Assembly: GCA_965240325.2 (NCBI GenBank)
Contig: OZ251233.1
Location: forward strand, 2,289,177 to 2,353,176
Origin: Rebecca billardiae RCC1528
Lineage: Eukaryota > Protista > Haptophyta
Length of the DNA: 64,000 bases
Reading direction: 5' to 3'
The notes below the pieces were generated by a model, which worked only from the letters and a program-made list of their open reading frames with translations, was not told where the DNA came from and ran no database searches. A program made the translations under genes and the position numbers. Position 1 is the first letter of the stretch. The number at the start of each line of letters is the position of its first letter. Below, piece after piece: positions 10,955 to 22,246 of this stretch.

Positions 10955-13740
10955 CTACCCAGCCCCGCTACCGTCGCGCGCGACATCCGCGCCGTAAATC
11001 ACCGTCACCGAGCGGTCCGGCGAGCGCGCCGCCATCAATTTGCTCCTGAGTGCCGAAAACTCCTTCTCCGGAAGCCCAGCCTCCTCGCGCAGGAGCTTGC
11101 GCGCCGTCATGCACTCCGCGATCAGGTCGATCGCGTCGGTCTCCGCCCTGCGCTGCCATTCGCGCTGCCGCTTGGCGTACTTCTTCAGCCAGAGCCGCCG
11201 CACCTTGTCGCCGAACTCCTCTGCCCACGTCGCAAGCGACACGCGGCGCACGAGCTGCGCGACCGTCGAGATGTGCGGCTCCGCCGTCGACTTCTTCCCC
11301 TCGGCGTACTCGCGGACGAATGAGTCGAGTGACTTGCGCGCGTGCACGAGCGGCATCGCACGCTTGGTCACCTGCACGAAATGCCCCTGCACCTGCTCGT
11401 CCGCGAGCTGCACGAGGCGCCCCCGCCGCCTGAGGCGAGACGCCGTCTGCGCCCGCCTCCGTGACCGCCCAGACGTTGAAGCGGAGCGGTGGGACGTTGT
11501 GCGAGCCCTGGCCGGCGAGGCTGGCGAGGCTGACGTAAGCGCCGGTGCACGCCACGATGGCCTTCTGCTCCTCCGCGTAGTCGGCCGCCTCGGCGCCGCC
11601 GCCAAAACCGCCGCCGGCCGCGCTGCCGCCTGCCGAGGCAGTGCTGCCACCGAGGCCGCGCTGCTGCGCGCCGCCGCCGGCCGCGCCGCCGCCGGCCGCG
11701 CCGCCACCAGCCGCACCACCACCCGCACTGTCAGCCGCGCGGCTGGCCGCGCCACATGCCGCGCCACCGGCCACGCGGACGCCAGCACCGGCTGTGCCGC
11801 TAGCCACGCCGCTGCCACTGCCGGCCGCGCCGCCCACGCCGCCGCCCGCGCCCGCGCCCGCGCCCACGTTGCCAGCCGCGCCCCCGGCCGCGCCCCCGGC
11901 CGCGCCGCCGGCCGCGCCACCGGCCGCGCGGACGCCAGCGCCAGCGGTGCCGCCAGCCACGCAGCTGCCGCTGCTGCTGCCACCAGTGCTGCTGCTGCCG
12001 CCCGCACCGGCCGCGCCGCCGCCGGCCGCGCCACCGCCGGCCGCGCCGCCGCCGGCCGCGCCGCCGCCGGCCGCGCGATCGCGAGCGCTGTCAGCCGCGC
12101 CGCTGTCCGCGCCGCCGGCCGCACCTCCGGCCGCGCCTCCAGCCGCGCGGACGCCAACGCCAGCTGTGCCGCCAGCCACGCCACTGCAGCTGCCGCCCGC
12201 GCCGCCCGCGCCGCCGCCAGCACCCGCGCCCGCGTTGCCAGCCGCGCCGCCGGCCGCGTCCGGCCGCGTCGCCGGGCGCACCGCCGCCTGGCGCGCAGTT
12301 GTCGGGCGTGCCGCCGTCGGGCGCGCCGCCACCGGGCCCGCCATCGCCCGCGCTGTCAGCCGCGCCGCCGGCCGCGCCGCAGGCCGCGCCACCGGCCGCG
12401 CGGACGCCAACGCCGGCTGTGTCGCCAGTCACGCCGCTGTCGCTGCAGCTGCCGCCGCTGCTGCCGGCCGCGCCGGCCGCGCGCGGCCGCGCCGCCGGCC
12501 GCGCCGCCGCCGGCAGTGCCGCCGCCGGCCGCGCCACCGCCCGCGCTGTCAGCCGCGCCGCTGGCCGCGCCGCCGGCCGCGCCACCGGCCGCACGGACGC
12601 CAGCGCCGACTGTGCCGCCAGCCACGCCGCTGCCGCTGCCGCTCGCGCCGGCCGCGCCGCCGCCCGTGCCCGCGGACGCGCCCGCGTTGCCAGCCGCGCC
12701 GCCCGCCGCGCCGCCGGCCGCGCCGCCGACCGCGCAACCGGCCGCGCGGACTCCAGCGCCGGCGGCACCGCCAGCTACGCCGCTACCGCTGCCGCTGCCG
12801 CCGCTGCAGCCGGCCGCGCCGCCGGCCGCGTCGCCGGCCGCGCCGCCTGCAGCGCCGCCAGCCGCGCCGCCCTGCCGCGCTGGCCACGTGCAGCGGCGGC
12901 AGCTGGCGGCGCCGGTCGCGGTGGGAGCCGGCCGCTCCGGATCACGTCATTGATCCCGTCGGCGTCCGCACTCCATAGCTCGGGCATGTCCGAGTCCGGC
13001 CGCTCCGAGATGGCGATCGCCTCCGACGACGCGAGCGCAACACCCTCATAGTTGCGCACGATGGCGATCGTGGCCGCGCGCGAGTGCGCTGCGTTTGGCC
13101 CGTGTCCGCCGAGAGGAGGAGGACATGCGGCTGCCCGCGCGGGCGCGCGGACTTGCCGTAGTGCTCCAAGCGATCCAGCACGGCGCCCACGGCCTGCGCC
13201 CACGGCCGCGCCGCCGACTCGCTGCCGATCATCATCACGCCCGCGCCCGCGTGCTCGCGATTGCGCAGCGCGCTCTCACGTGAGCCAGCCACCGGCGGCG
13301 GGATCGGGTGGCGCATGCCCAGGTTGAGCCACGTCGAGAACTCTCGGGCTGGCGCGAGCCCACGATGCTCAGTGTGCGGTCCTTCTCGCGCGCCTAGTGC
13401 ACGACGCCCTCGTCGTCGAGCGAGGTGAAGGCATGCAAGACGAGCGCGTCTCACGAGAAGAGCCGCAGCTTGGCTACACGCAGCAGGTTGTTCTTCTTCC
13501 GCTGGGCCTTGATGGCGACGAGGCTGTTGACGCTGCGCTTGACCTCCGCCAGGTAGTTCTCGTTCGGCATGATCGAGTGGTCCACCTCGCTCGCGGCCTC
13601 GCGCGCGCGCAGCTTGAGCATCTCGTGCGGCTGAGCGCCGCGGCCATGCGCAGCCATGCAGATGCGGCAGAGACGTGGCGCCCGATGCGTTAGGCACCTT
13701 TGCGATGCAGCTTGGGCTTCTTAGGCTTCGCGCAGGAACG
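10955..13740 (-). pseudogene. Frameshifted cargo ORF inside the transposon, with a long Gly/Ala-rich repeat
   Basis: Protein-like segments lie in different frames (EMLKLRAREAASEVDHSIMPNENYLAEVKR; GGAAGGGAAGG repeats; KRAMPLVHARKSLDSFVREY...WLKKYAKRQREW), broken by stops and shifts. Confidence 0.5.
11595..12880. repeat. Degenerate GC-rich tandem repeat (GCCGCCGGCCGCGCC-type units in larger blocks)
   Basis: Recurrent blocks such as cgctgtcagccgcgc...gccgcgcggacgccagc...gtgccgccagccacgc. Confidence 0.8.
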
Positions 13741-14589
13741 CTTGCCCTTGCCCACGGTGAGCACAGCCGTCGCCATTGCTGCGCGCGGCGAGCGCGGTGC
13801 GGCGCGGCCGGGCCGGCCGCAGCCGCCGCAAGTTAGTCTGATGCAAATTCCCGGTCACCCATGCAAAAGTAAGCGTTCCCGCTGCGCATGTGCGTGCATC
13901 ACGAGTAACCCGCCGCCTGAATAACAACTCCGCGCCCCTCCATACACTTCCTGCATCCCCGCGCGCAGCGGCGTGCGGGCGGGCGCGAATTCGCACCGTG
14001 TTACGAACAGACCTAGCAAAGTAGATCGGTGTGGCGCGTCGGGACGCGGAGCGGGTGCGGGGCAGGCGGGGGATAGGTTGGGGAACACCCGCGATTAGAG
14101 CACCGGTGGCGCAGCGGCGACGTGGACGCCGCCACACGCGCACGCACGGCGCGCGCTCGCACCGCGAGTCGAACGTCCGCTCGCCAAGCCCTGCGACGGC
14201 GTCCGTGCGACGCCGAGCGACGAACGCTCTCGGGATTTGGCCCGGACCACCAGATTCAGCCGTTAACGGCCGAAAATTCATTTGTTGGAGTTTCCTTAAC
14301 GGCCGCTTTAAAAAAGAAATCGTTGCTGTGTGTGATCATCGGTCGTCACAGCATGAGCAGTAGTCATTACTAGTCAACGCGACACTACGTCACTAGCTGG
14401 CGGCTGCTGACGTATAACAGTACTAACACACCGCCGGACACCGCAGCCGCCGCCTGAGCGGGAGCCTGAGGCCGCGCCGCCGCGACGTGCGGCGGCCGGG
14501 CCCGGCGGCGGGCGCGGCGGCCGCTGCGTCGGCGCGACCCCTCTGCTGCCCAGCTGCCGCGACTACTCAATAACCGCTAATAAAACTAA

Positions 14590-15747
14590 TCAGAGTCCTG
14601 ATGCAGTCACCATGGACCGTTGAGGCCTTCCGTCGTTGATGGGCACGCCGAAGACGTTGGCGGCCGCTTCGTTGGTGGGAGCCCGCCCACCGGATGCCCT
14701 GCTGCACGCCGGGATGTCAAAGTACTGGCTGGGGCAGACCCACGCGCGCTCCAGCGACTCGTCGCGCGCCGCGCCCGTGGTGCCGTCGCCGCCGAAGAGA
14801 GCGGCCCTCACCACCGCGTCGGGCACGCCGTGGGCGGGCCAGCCAGGCTCCGATACGTTCAGCGCGTAGTCCAGCGCCGCGCTCACGTCGCGGCACAGCT
14901 GCGCCTGCCCGCCCCCGTCCGGCTGCGCCGCGCCGCCGTGCGTCGAGTGCCCCTCGAAGCTCTTCTTGGGCGCGCGGATGGCGGCGCGCGCGCTGAAGCC
15001 GAGCACGCGCGCGACAGGCAGCCACGCGTGCAGCGGCACCGTCCACTGGGTCCGGTTCCCGGACGGGGCCGTGGGCATGTACGTGGCCATGCACATTGGC
15101 ACGACCGTGCGCGCGTGCGCCCGCCGCTGTGCGCGCGGCCACGCCCACGCGGCCAGCAGCCGCAGCATGCGCCCGACGCCGTCCAGCGCGCCCAGCGTGC
15201 GCAGCGCCTCGAGCCGCAGGCCCTCCCACGGCGGCAGCGCGCTCAGGGCGAGGCAGTAGCTCCGACGCGTCCGCTTGTCGAGGCGCCCGTACGACGGCAC
15301 GTGCCGCTCGAAGAGCGCCGCGGCGCCGCGCGGGAAGATGGCGCGCACGGAGAGGTTGGTCGCGTGCAGCCACTTCTCGCGCCGGCAGCCCTGGTGGTAG
15401 CGGTAGCCCGAGAGCAGCATGTCCCACGGGTGGCGGATGAAGTGGACGACCACGTCGTTCCTCGCGAGCAGCTCCGCCCCCGCGTACAGCGGCTCGGACG
15501 GATGCGACGCCCAGACGCCGTTCTTGGCGCAGCAGGCGCGCGTCCACACGCGCGGCCCCTTGCTGCACAGCACCATCAGCAGCTGGAACGAGGCGAACGT
15601 GCCCGACTTGTGGTGCGAGACCACGGCGACGGTGCGGTTGCGCAGGTCGGCCTGCGCCTTGCACGCGCCCCTCGCCGACGAGCCCACGAGGCCGCAGCAC
15701 ACCGCGAGGGCGGCGAGCCCACGAGGCCACCGCGCACGCGCCGCCAT
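14590..15747 (-). CDS. Signal-anchored PAPS-dependent sulfotransferase-like protein
   Basis: 5'-PSB-like VAVVSHHKSGT and 3'-PB-like VVHFIRHPWDMLLSGYRYH. Hydrophobic N-terminus. Confidence 0.7.
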   Translation of the reverse strand: MAARARWPRGLAALAVCCGLVGSSARGACKAQADLRNRTVAVVSHHKSGTFASFQLLMVLCSKGPRVWTRACCAKNGVWASHPSEPLYAGAELLARNDVVVHFIRHPWDMLLSGYRYHQGCRREKWLHATNLSVRAIFPRGAAALFERHVPSYGRLDKRTRRSYCLALSALPPWEGLRLEALRTLGALDGVGRMLRLLAAWAWPRAQRRAHARTVVPMCMATYMPTAPSGNRTQWTVPLHAWLPVARVLGFSARAAIRAPKKSFEGHSTHGGAAQPDGGGQAQLCRDVSAALDYALNVSEPGWPAHGVPDAVVRAALFGGDGTTGAARDESLERAWVCPSQYFDIPACSRASGGRAPTNEAAANVFGVPINDGRPQRSMVTASGL

Positions 15748-15995
15748 GCTGGATACTACTTACTAGCTGCTGGACGCAGCAGTACAGTTTACAAAGAATC
15801 TGAAGAGACGCACACAGCTCAGGCTGGCGAGATATGATACGCGCAATACGCTGCGTTCCTGTAGTTGAGTGTTGCTCAGTGCATGTCAGAGTGTCATCTT
15901 CGTCGGCGCGGATTCCTCTGACGAATGCAGTGCATTGTCAGGCGTCAGCAGCAGCATGTAATGCGACATCAACTTCCGATGATCATCAACGTGAG

Positions 15996-17165
15996 TCACT
16001 CTACATGCCCATGGTGGGACGCGCGGCTGGTGCGGTCCATCACGGGGCGGTCGAGCTGCTCGCACACGAGCTGCTCGATGGTGGACATGCCGTCCGCCGT
16101 CTTGTCCACGCACTTGCTCAGCCCCGAGTGCTCAAAGTCGGTGCGGTCGGGCGAGCCGATCGGGTCGCCCGTCACGCCGATGATGACGCCGGTGTACCCC
16201 AGCTCTGCGCGCATCGCCCTCGCCGCCTCGGCGCCGTTCATGTGCGGCATCTGCTTGTCCGCGCGCGGGCGGGGCGAGGGCGGCGCGTGAGCAGCCGCAC
16301 GCCGCGCGCGCGCAGCTGGCGCGCGGCTCGGACGCGCGCGCGGCCGTGCGGTCAGCCAGCGGTGCGCACCTGGTTGTCCATCAGCACGACGGTGTACGGC
16401 GGCTGGCCCGCGTCCGCGCGCGCCTTCATCATCTCGAGCGCCTCGCGCCCGTTGTTGGCCACGTCGTAGGGCACGTCGAGCGGCATGAGCAGCGTCGCCT
16501 GCATCGCAAACTGCAGCATCGGGTCGTCCTGCAGGGCACACACACACACACACGGCGCACACACAGGGCGCACACACAGGGCGCAGCGCACAGGGCGGTG
16601 AGCGGCGGCGAGGGCGCGGGCCGGCTCGCGTGCGCCGCTCGGCTCGCACCTCGACGTGCAGCAGCCGGTGCGCCTCACGCCGCCGCGCCGCGGCCTCCGC
16701 GGCCGCGGCCGGCTCCTCTGGCTGCTCGCCCGCCTGCGCGCCGTCCGCGCGCGAGGCTTGGCTCGCGCGCGCTGCGGCGGCGGCGACGCTGGCTCCGATC
16801 TCGCCCGAGGTGTGCAGCAGCAGCGAGGCCACGCTCGAGGCCTTCGAGATCGGCGCGCTCACCGGCTGGTCCCTCGCGCGCGTGTGCACCATCGGCCTGT
16901 GCCGCCTGCGCGCCGACTCCCTCGAGAGGTCGAGCTTGCCGCCCTCGCCCGTTGCAGAGACGGAGTGCCACCGCGGCTTGCGACGCTCGGCGAGGGCCTC
17001 GGCCAGCCGGGTCTCGAGCTCGGAGGTCTCGTCGGGCGTCGCGCCGACGGGCTCCCCCACGCGCTTCGTCTTCGACCGCGCGTGACCCTGCCCGCGCGCG
17101 GGCGGCGCGCTCTCCTCCACGTCCTCCACCTCCATCTCGACGATGCGTGTGTGCGCGCCCTCGCC

Positions 17166-17247
<82 letters not shown>

Positions 17248-19919
17248 TGCGACGCGACGAAGGCGCGGCTGACCATCGAGGGCGAGGGCGCGGCCGAGCC
17301 GTCGCGCACGACGGGCAGCTTGAGCAGCACCTCGAACGTCGTGCCCCGCCCGCGCCCCGCCGAGTGCAGCTCGAGCTCCGAGTCGGAGTGCAGCTTGAGC
17401 ATCTGGCGCGCAATCGTGAGGCCGAGGCCGGTGCCGCCGTTGCCCTGCAGCTGCCCCTTGCCCACCTGGTTGAACACGCCGCCCGAGCGGAGCGAGGCGA
17501 GCTCGTCCGCGTCCAGGCCGGCGCCCGAGTCGGTGATCTGCACGCAGACGTGCGCCAGCGCGTTCGGCGGCAGCTTCGCGTGGGGCTCGTCCGCCTCGGC
17601 GGTGGAGACCAGCCCGACCTCGGAAGGCGGCCGCACCTGCCAGCAGCGCACGCGGATCGTGCCGCCCGTGTCGGTGAACTTGGTCGCGTTCGAGAGGCCG
17701 TTGCCCAGGCACTGCACGAGGCGCTGCAGGTCGCCGAGGTACTGGCGCCGCGTGGGCAGCATCGCCGGCGGGAGCGGCTCGAAGAGCACGTGCACGCCCT
17801 TCTTCCGCGCGAGCGGCGCGAAGACGCTCTCCAGCTCGAGCAGCAGCTTGGCGAGCGTGAAGGGCGCGCGCACGAGCTGCAGCCGGCCGCTGTCGATGCG
17901 CTCAAAGTCGAGCATGTCCGAGACGATGTTCTCCATGAGGCGCGCGCACGTGTTGATCGTGCCCACCGCGCGGTCGACCGTCTCGTTCCCGAGCGGCACG
18001 TCGCTCGGCAGCGCGGAGAGCATGTCGGCGAGCGAGGCGACGGACAGCAGCGGGCTGCGCAGGTCGTGCATCACCACGCGGATCAGCTTGGAGCGCGCGC
18101 CCGCGGCGACGTCGCGCGCGTTGGCCTTGAGCAGCATGTCGAGCTCGAGCTCCTTGAGCTCGCGCCAGCGCTCGGAGGCGGAGGTGAGCGTGCGCTCCAC
18201 CCAGTACGCCACGCGCGCCGCCTGGATCCGCCGCCGCGCGAACGCGAGCGAGAGCGCGCACGCGCCCAGCCAGAGCACGCCGTCGCGCGCGGCCGCGCTC
18301 GGGGGCTCGCACGCGCCGCCCTGCCGCCGCGCGTGCCACGACGCGCCGGTGCTGACGAACACGGCGGCGAGGAGGTCGAGGAGGTGCAGGAGCTCGGCGC
18401 CGACCACGTTCGCGCCGAGCACGAGCACGCCGAACGACGAGAGCAGCGCGCGCTGCCGCACGCCCGCGGAGAGCTCGGTGGCGTGCGGCCGGCCGCACGG
18501 CGCTGTGTTGCCGAGCGGCAGCAGCAGCTCCGTCAGCAGCGCGAGCAGGCAGAGCCAGCCGGTGCAGACGAGCTCGAGCGCGGCGTCGAAGGAGGGGAGC
18601 GGCAGCTTGGGCAGCGCGTGCGACGCCGCGACCACCAGCGCGGACGACGCCGCCGCCACGCAGATCGCCACCCACCACGCGACGTTGCCCGCGCCGCCGC
18701 CGTCGGCCGCCGCGCGCTCGTGCGCAGGCTTGCCCAGCTCGTGCGTGAGCAGCACGAGCCACGCGCCCAGCACGATGGCGGCGCCGAGGCGCGCGCGCGA
18801 GGCGAAGGCCTGCGCGTGCACGTGCGTGCGGTACTCCGACTCGAGCCGCGCCGAGCGGAAGCGCCCGCGCCAGTTGAGGTACGTGCCGGCGCGCGCGCGG
18901 CTCGTCTCGCCCTCCGCGTCCAGCCGGCCCGGCCCGTCCGGCGCCACGCCGCCGAGCGGCGACGAGCGCCGAGCCTGCTTGGCGCGCACGGTGGAGTGCG
19001 AGCGGGCGGAGGGGCGCTCGGCCGCGCCGAGCGGGCCGTCGGGCATCGGCCGCGTCGCCGCGCCCGCGCCCGCGACGCCGCCCTGCGCCGCCTCGAGGTC
19101 GGCGGGCGCGGGCGCGACGCGGCTCCGGCGCGCCTCCGCCGCCGCCGCCGCCGCCGGCTGCGCGCCGTCCGCCGGCGCCTCCTCCTCCTGCGCACCGGCG
19201 GCGGCGGCGCGCGCGCGGCGCACGGGCGCGCAGCAGCTGACGATGGCGGTGTGCCACATCGCCGCCGCGCGGCGCTCGTGCGCGCTCGGCCTGTTCGCCA
19301 GCGACATGCCGCGCGCGTCCTCCGCCTCCTCGGCCGCGTTGAGCGCGCGCCAAGAGACGCGCCACGTGCCCGTCGCGCCCGAGCGCGCGTGCGGGAGGAG
19401 CTGCATGCGCAGCGCCTGCTTGAACTCGATGCGCGCGACCTTGGTGAGGATCCCCTCCACCAGCGGCAGCACCTTCGCGCCGCGCACCGACGTGCACGAG
19501 ATGAACATCCCCTCGCCCCCGCGCTCGTCGTCCGCAGGCTCGTCGGCGCGCTCCGCCTCGAAGAGCGGGAACTGCGAGGTCTTGTACAGCTCGGCGAGGT
19601 TGGAGTGCACGGCGGCGAGGTTGGCGAGGAGGTCGGGCACCGTGCGCCCCGCCGCGCGCACGAAGCCCATGTGCCCGTTCTCCATCAGGAACTCGGCAAA
19701 GTGCTCGCCCATCTTGCGCACGACCACGCCCTCGGGCACGTCGAGCACCGCGCACGCGGCGCTCACCATGCGGAAGGTGATCGCGTCGTCGTACTGGCGC
19801 AGGTCGAGCAGCCGCATGTCGTCCACCTCGTCCAGCATGTCGCACATCTGCAGCCACGCATCCTCGCCGCGGTGCTTCAGCACGAAGCGGCGCAGCACGA
19901 CGTGAAAGAAACCGTGCAT
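15996..19919 (-). CDS. H-NOX + multi-TM + HisKA + HATPase + receiver hybrid histidine kinase; exons 19919-16650, 16528-16370, 16250-15996
   Basis: H-NOX: MHGFFH...YDDAIT...GEHF...DLLANLAAVH...FP.F...CTSVR...LVEGIL. H-box VMHDLRSPL, N-box LGNGLSNATKFT, G1 ITDSGAG, G2 GGTGLGL. After removing introns 16529-16649 and 16251-16369 the REC reads HVEDD...VLMDNQMPHMNG...IGVTG...DK. Confidence 0.9.
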
Positions 19920-20381
19920 CGCGGCGTTTGGGTTGCCCCCCTCCGGTGATTCCGCTCCCGATGATAAATTTCGTCAGGGTCATGCACATACAAGCGGGGT
20001 ATGATGGTATATTATGGGTATACCAGGTTCGTCAAGCCAATGACGACTTGACGAGATCACGAGAAAGCACTCGAGAAGGCGAGGCCCCGACGACGAATCA
20101 GGAGACCTGCGCCGTCCTACCTGTGTCGTTAAATCATAGAATGAGTCTGCAGACCCGGACCTACGCCCCGGACACCCCCCCCGGGTACGGGGGAGGTTGG
20201 GGGTTGGTCCGGTACGGTCCGGCTGCAGACTGAGGCGAGGCCAGGGGAGAGAGGGAGGCCGGACTACTTTTCTGCCTTCGTCCGGTCCGGCTCGGTTGTT
20301 CGCACTCCCAACGCCGGACAGCACAACCAACTGGACCCCTCGCCGATCGCCGCGCGCCCGCCGCTCGCCAAGCTCGCCGCC

Positions 20382-20822
20382 ATGGACCCGGGATGGCTCC
20401 TCGTGACCTACGCGCTGCTGTTCCAGTGCGCGCTGGTGCTGCTGCTCGTGATGCCCGTGCCGAACAACGCCGTCCGCGCCTCCGTCCTCAAGGTGGTGCA
20501 CATGATCTGGGACGCGCAGTTCGTCCGCTTTGCGGCGTTCCTCGTCGCGGGGCTTGACGCGTGGTACCTGGTCTGGACGATGAGCGCGATCTGGCAGGTG
20601 GGCGGCATGTGGTCGCCCATCGACCAGGCGCCCACCACCATGTCCGAGCTCCAGCTCTTCCGCAACGAGCGCAACGCCTTCATCACGGGCGGCAACCTCT
20701 TCATGTTCCTCGTGCTGCGCAGGCTGGTCGACATCCAGTCGCAGCTGCGCGACGCGCGCATCGCGAGCAAGCAGCACGAGAAGGTCGAGAAAATCGTGGC
20801 GGAGACGAAGAAGAAGCACTGA
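20382..20822 (+). CDS. BAP31/BAP29 family ER membrane protein
   Basis: Three TM helices, FRNERNAFITG motif, short coiled coil and dilysine-type C-terminus KKKH. Confidence 0.88.
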   Translation: MDPGWLLVTYALLFQCALVLLLVMPVPNNAVRASVLKVVHMIWDAQFVRFAAFLVAGLDAWYLVWTMSAIWQVGGMWSPIDQAPTTMSELQLFRNERNAFITGGNLFMFLVLRRLVDIQSQLRDARIASKQHEKVEKIVAETKKKH

Positions 20823-21253
20823 GGCTTCCGCGCGCGCGGCGCGCGGGCCCGCCCGGCACTGCAGCTTCGGCACAGCGCCGCCGGGGGAGTCGCAGGCAGC
20901 GGGACCGCCGCGCGGTCAGGCCGCCGCGGCCCGCCGGGCGGGCGCCCGGGGCCGCGGCGGCCGCACGTGTCCTTACACTGCACGACTCATAGGCAGCATA
21001 GTGTGACGCATCCATCATGGTGGCGGCCCGCTGCAAAGTGTGACGAGCTTGACTGACAGCGGTGGTCCGTGGCCCATCTGATCATTGCAAGCTGAGACTA
21101 GCTCGTCGGACGTCGTCAATGGACCATACTGTATCTCGGTGGCGACCTAGCTGAGTCCGACTCCGAGTCGTCGACGCCGTTCCGCCGGCCGGCGATATTT
21201 TGCCGATTTCAGATTAACGATTCCAACAAGCAGACGACGATTCATTCCCCAGC

Positions 21254-22246
21254 ATGGCCTCGACGCGGAGCGTGCCGTGCCGCTTCTTCCAAGTCGGCCG
21301 CTGCACGCAGGGCGAGGCGTGCCGCTTCTCGCACGAGCTCGTGCGGCAGGGCGAGCGCGCACGCAGCAACGTGCCGTGCAAGTTCTTCGCCGCGGGGCAC
21401 TGCGCCAACGCGAACTGCCCGTTCGCGCACGGCGGCCGCGCGCGCGAGCCGAGCGCGCCGCCGCCCGACGCGCACGCCGCCCAGCGGCAGGCGCTGGTGC
21501 CCAAGCCGAGCGCGCCCCGCGCCGTGGCGCCGGCGCCCCGCCCCGACGCCCTCGGCCCGCCCCCGCCGCCCCGCCCCGCCGGCGCGCCCGCCCCCGAGGG
21601 CGAGGGCGTGTGCGCCGTGTGCCTCGAGGACGTGGCGGCGAGCGGGCGGCTCTTCGGGCTGCTGCCCTCGTGCAGCCACTGCGTGTGCCTGGCGTGCATC
21701 CGCGAGTGGCGGACCAGCGGCTCGGTCGAGACCTCCGCCGCGCGCGGCTGCCCGGTGTGCCGCGTCGTCTCGCCCTTCGTCGTGCCCTCGCGCGCGTTCG
21801 CCACGGGCGCGGCCAAGGGCGCCGTGCGCGACGCGTACCTGCGCACGCTCGGCGCCACGCCGTGCAAGTACTACGACCGCGGGCGCGGGACGTGCCCGTT
21901 CGGCTCGTCGTGCTTCTACCTGCACGCGGCGCCGGACGGCACGCGCATCGAGCCCGAGCCGCCCCGCTTCGCCTACGGCGCGAGCGCGCCCGGCGCGCCG
22001 TCGGCGGTCGGCGTGCGCGCGCCGACCCTCTCCGACTTTGTGGCGACGCCGTCGAGCGCCGCGCCCGCGCGCTCGGCCGGCGGCGGCGGGGCCCGCGCGC
22101 GTGGACGAGCGCCGGGCGGGGAGGGTGCTGCGTTCGACGCGGACGACCTGCTCGACGCGCTGCCGACCTTCGACCACCGCGCGCCCGCGGCCGATGCGAG
22201 GGACTACGCCAGCGGCAGCAGACAGCGTCATCATCATCATCAATGA
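21254..22246 (+). CDS. MKRN: Makorin-family RING E3 ligase
   Basis: Two N-terminal CCCH fingers, RING CAVC...FGLLPSCSHCVCLACIREWR...CPVCR, and C-terminal CKYYDRGRGTCPFGSSCFYLH. Confidence 0.9.
   Translation: MASTRSVPCRFFQVGRCTQGEACRFSHELVRQGERARSNVPCKFFAAGHCANANCPFAHGGRAREPSAPPPDAHAAQRQALVPKPSAPRAVAPAPRPDALGPPPPPRPAGAPAPEGEGVCAVCLEDVAASGRLFGLLPSCSHCVCLACIREWRTSGSVETSAARGCPVCRVVSPFVVPSRAFATGAAKGAVRDAYLRTLGATPCKYYDRGRGTCPFGSSCFYLHAAPDGTRIEPEPPRFAYGASAPGAPSAVGVRAPTLSDFVATPSSAAPARSAGGGGARARGRAPGGEGAAFDADDLLDALPTFDHRAPAADARDYASGSRQRHHHHQ

Larger units (their letters stand above)
10796..14330. mobile_element. Non-autonomous CACTA/EnSpm-like DNA transposon, ~3.5 kb
   Basis: TIR CACAGCAACGA(C/T)TTCTTTTTTAAAGCGGCCGTTA at both ends, flanked by a 2-bp TG direct repeat. 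No recognisable transposase. Confidence 0.85.

Noticed and set aside
21254-22246. Intronless makorin as a retrocopy
   Set aside because: Many neighbouring genes are also intronless; no poly(A) or TSD.
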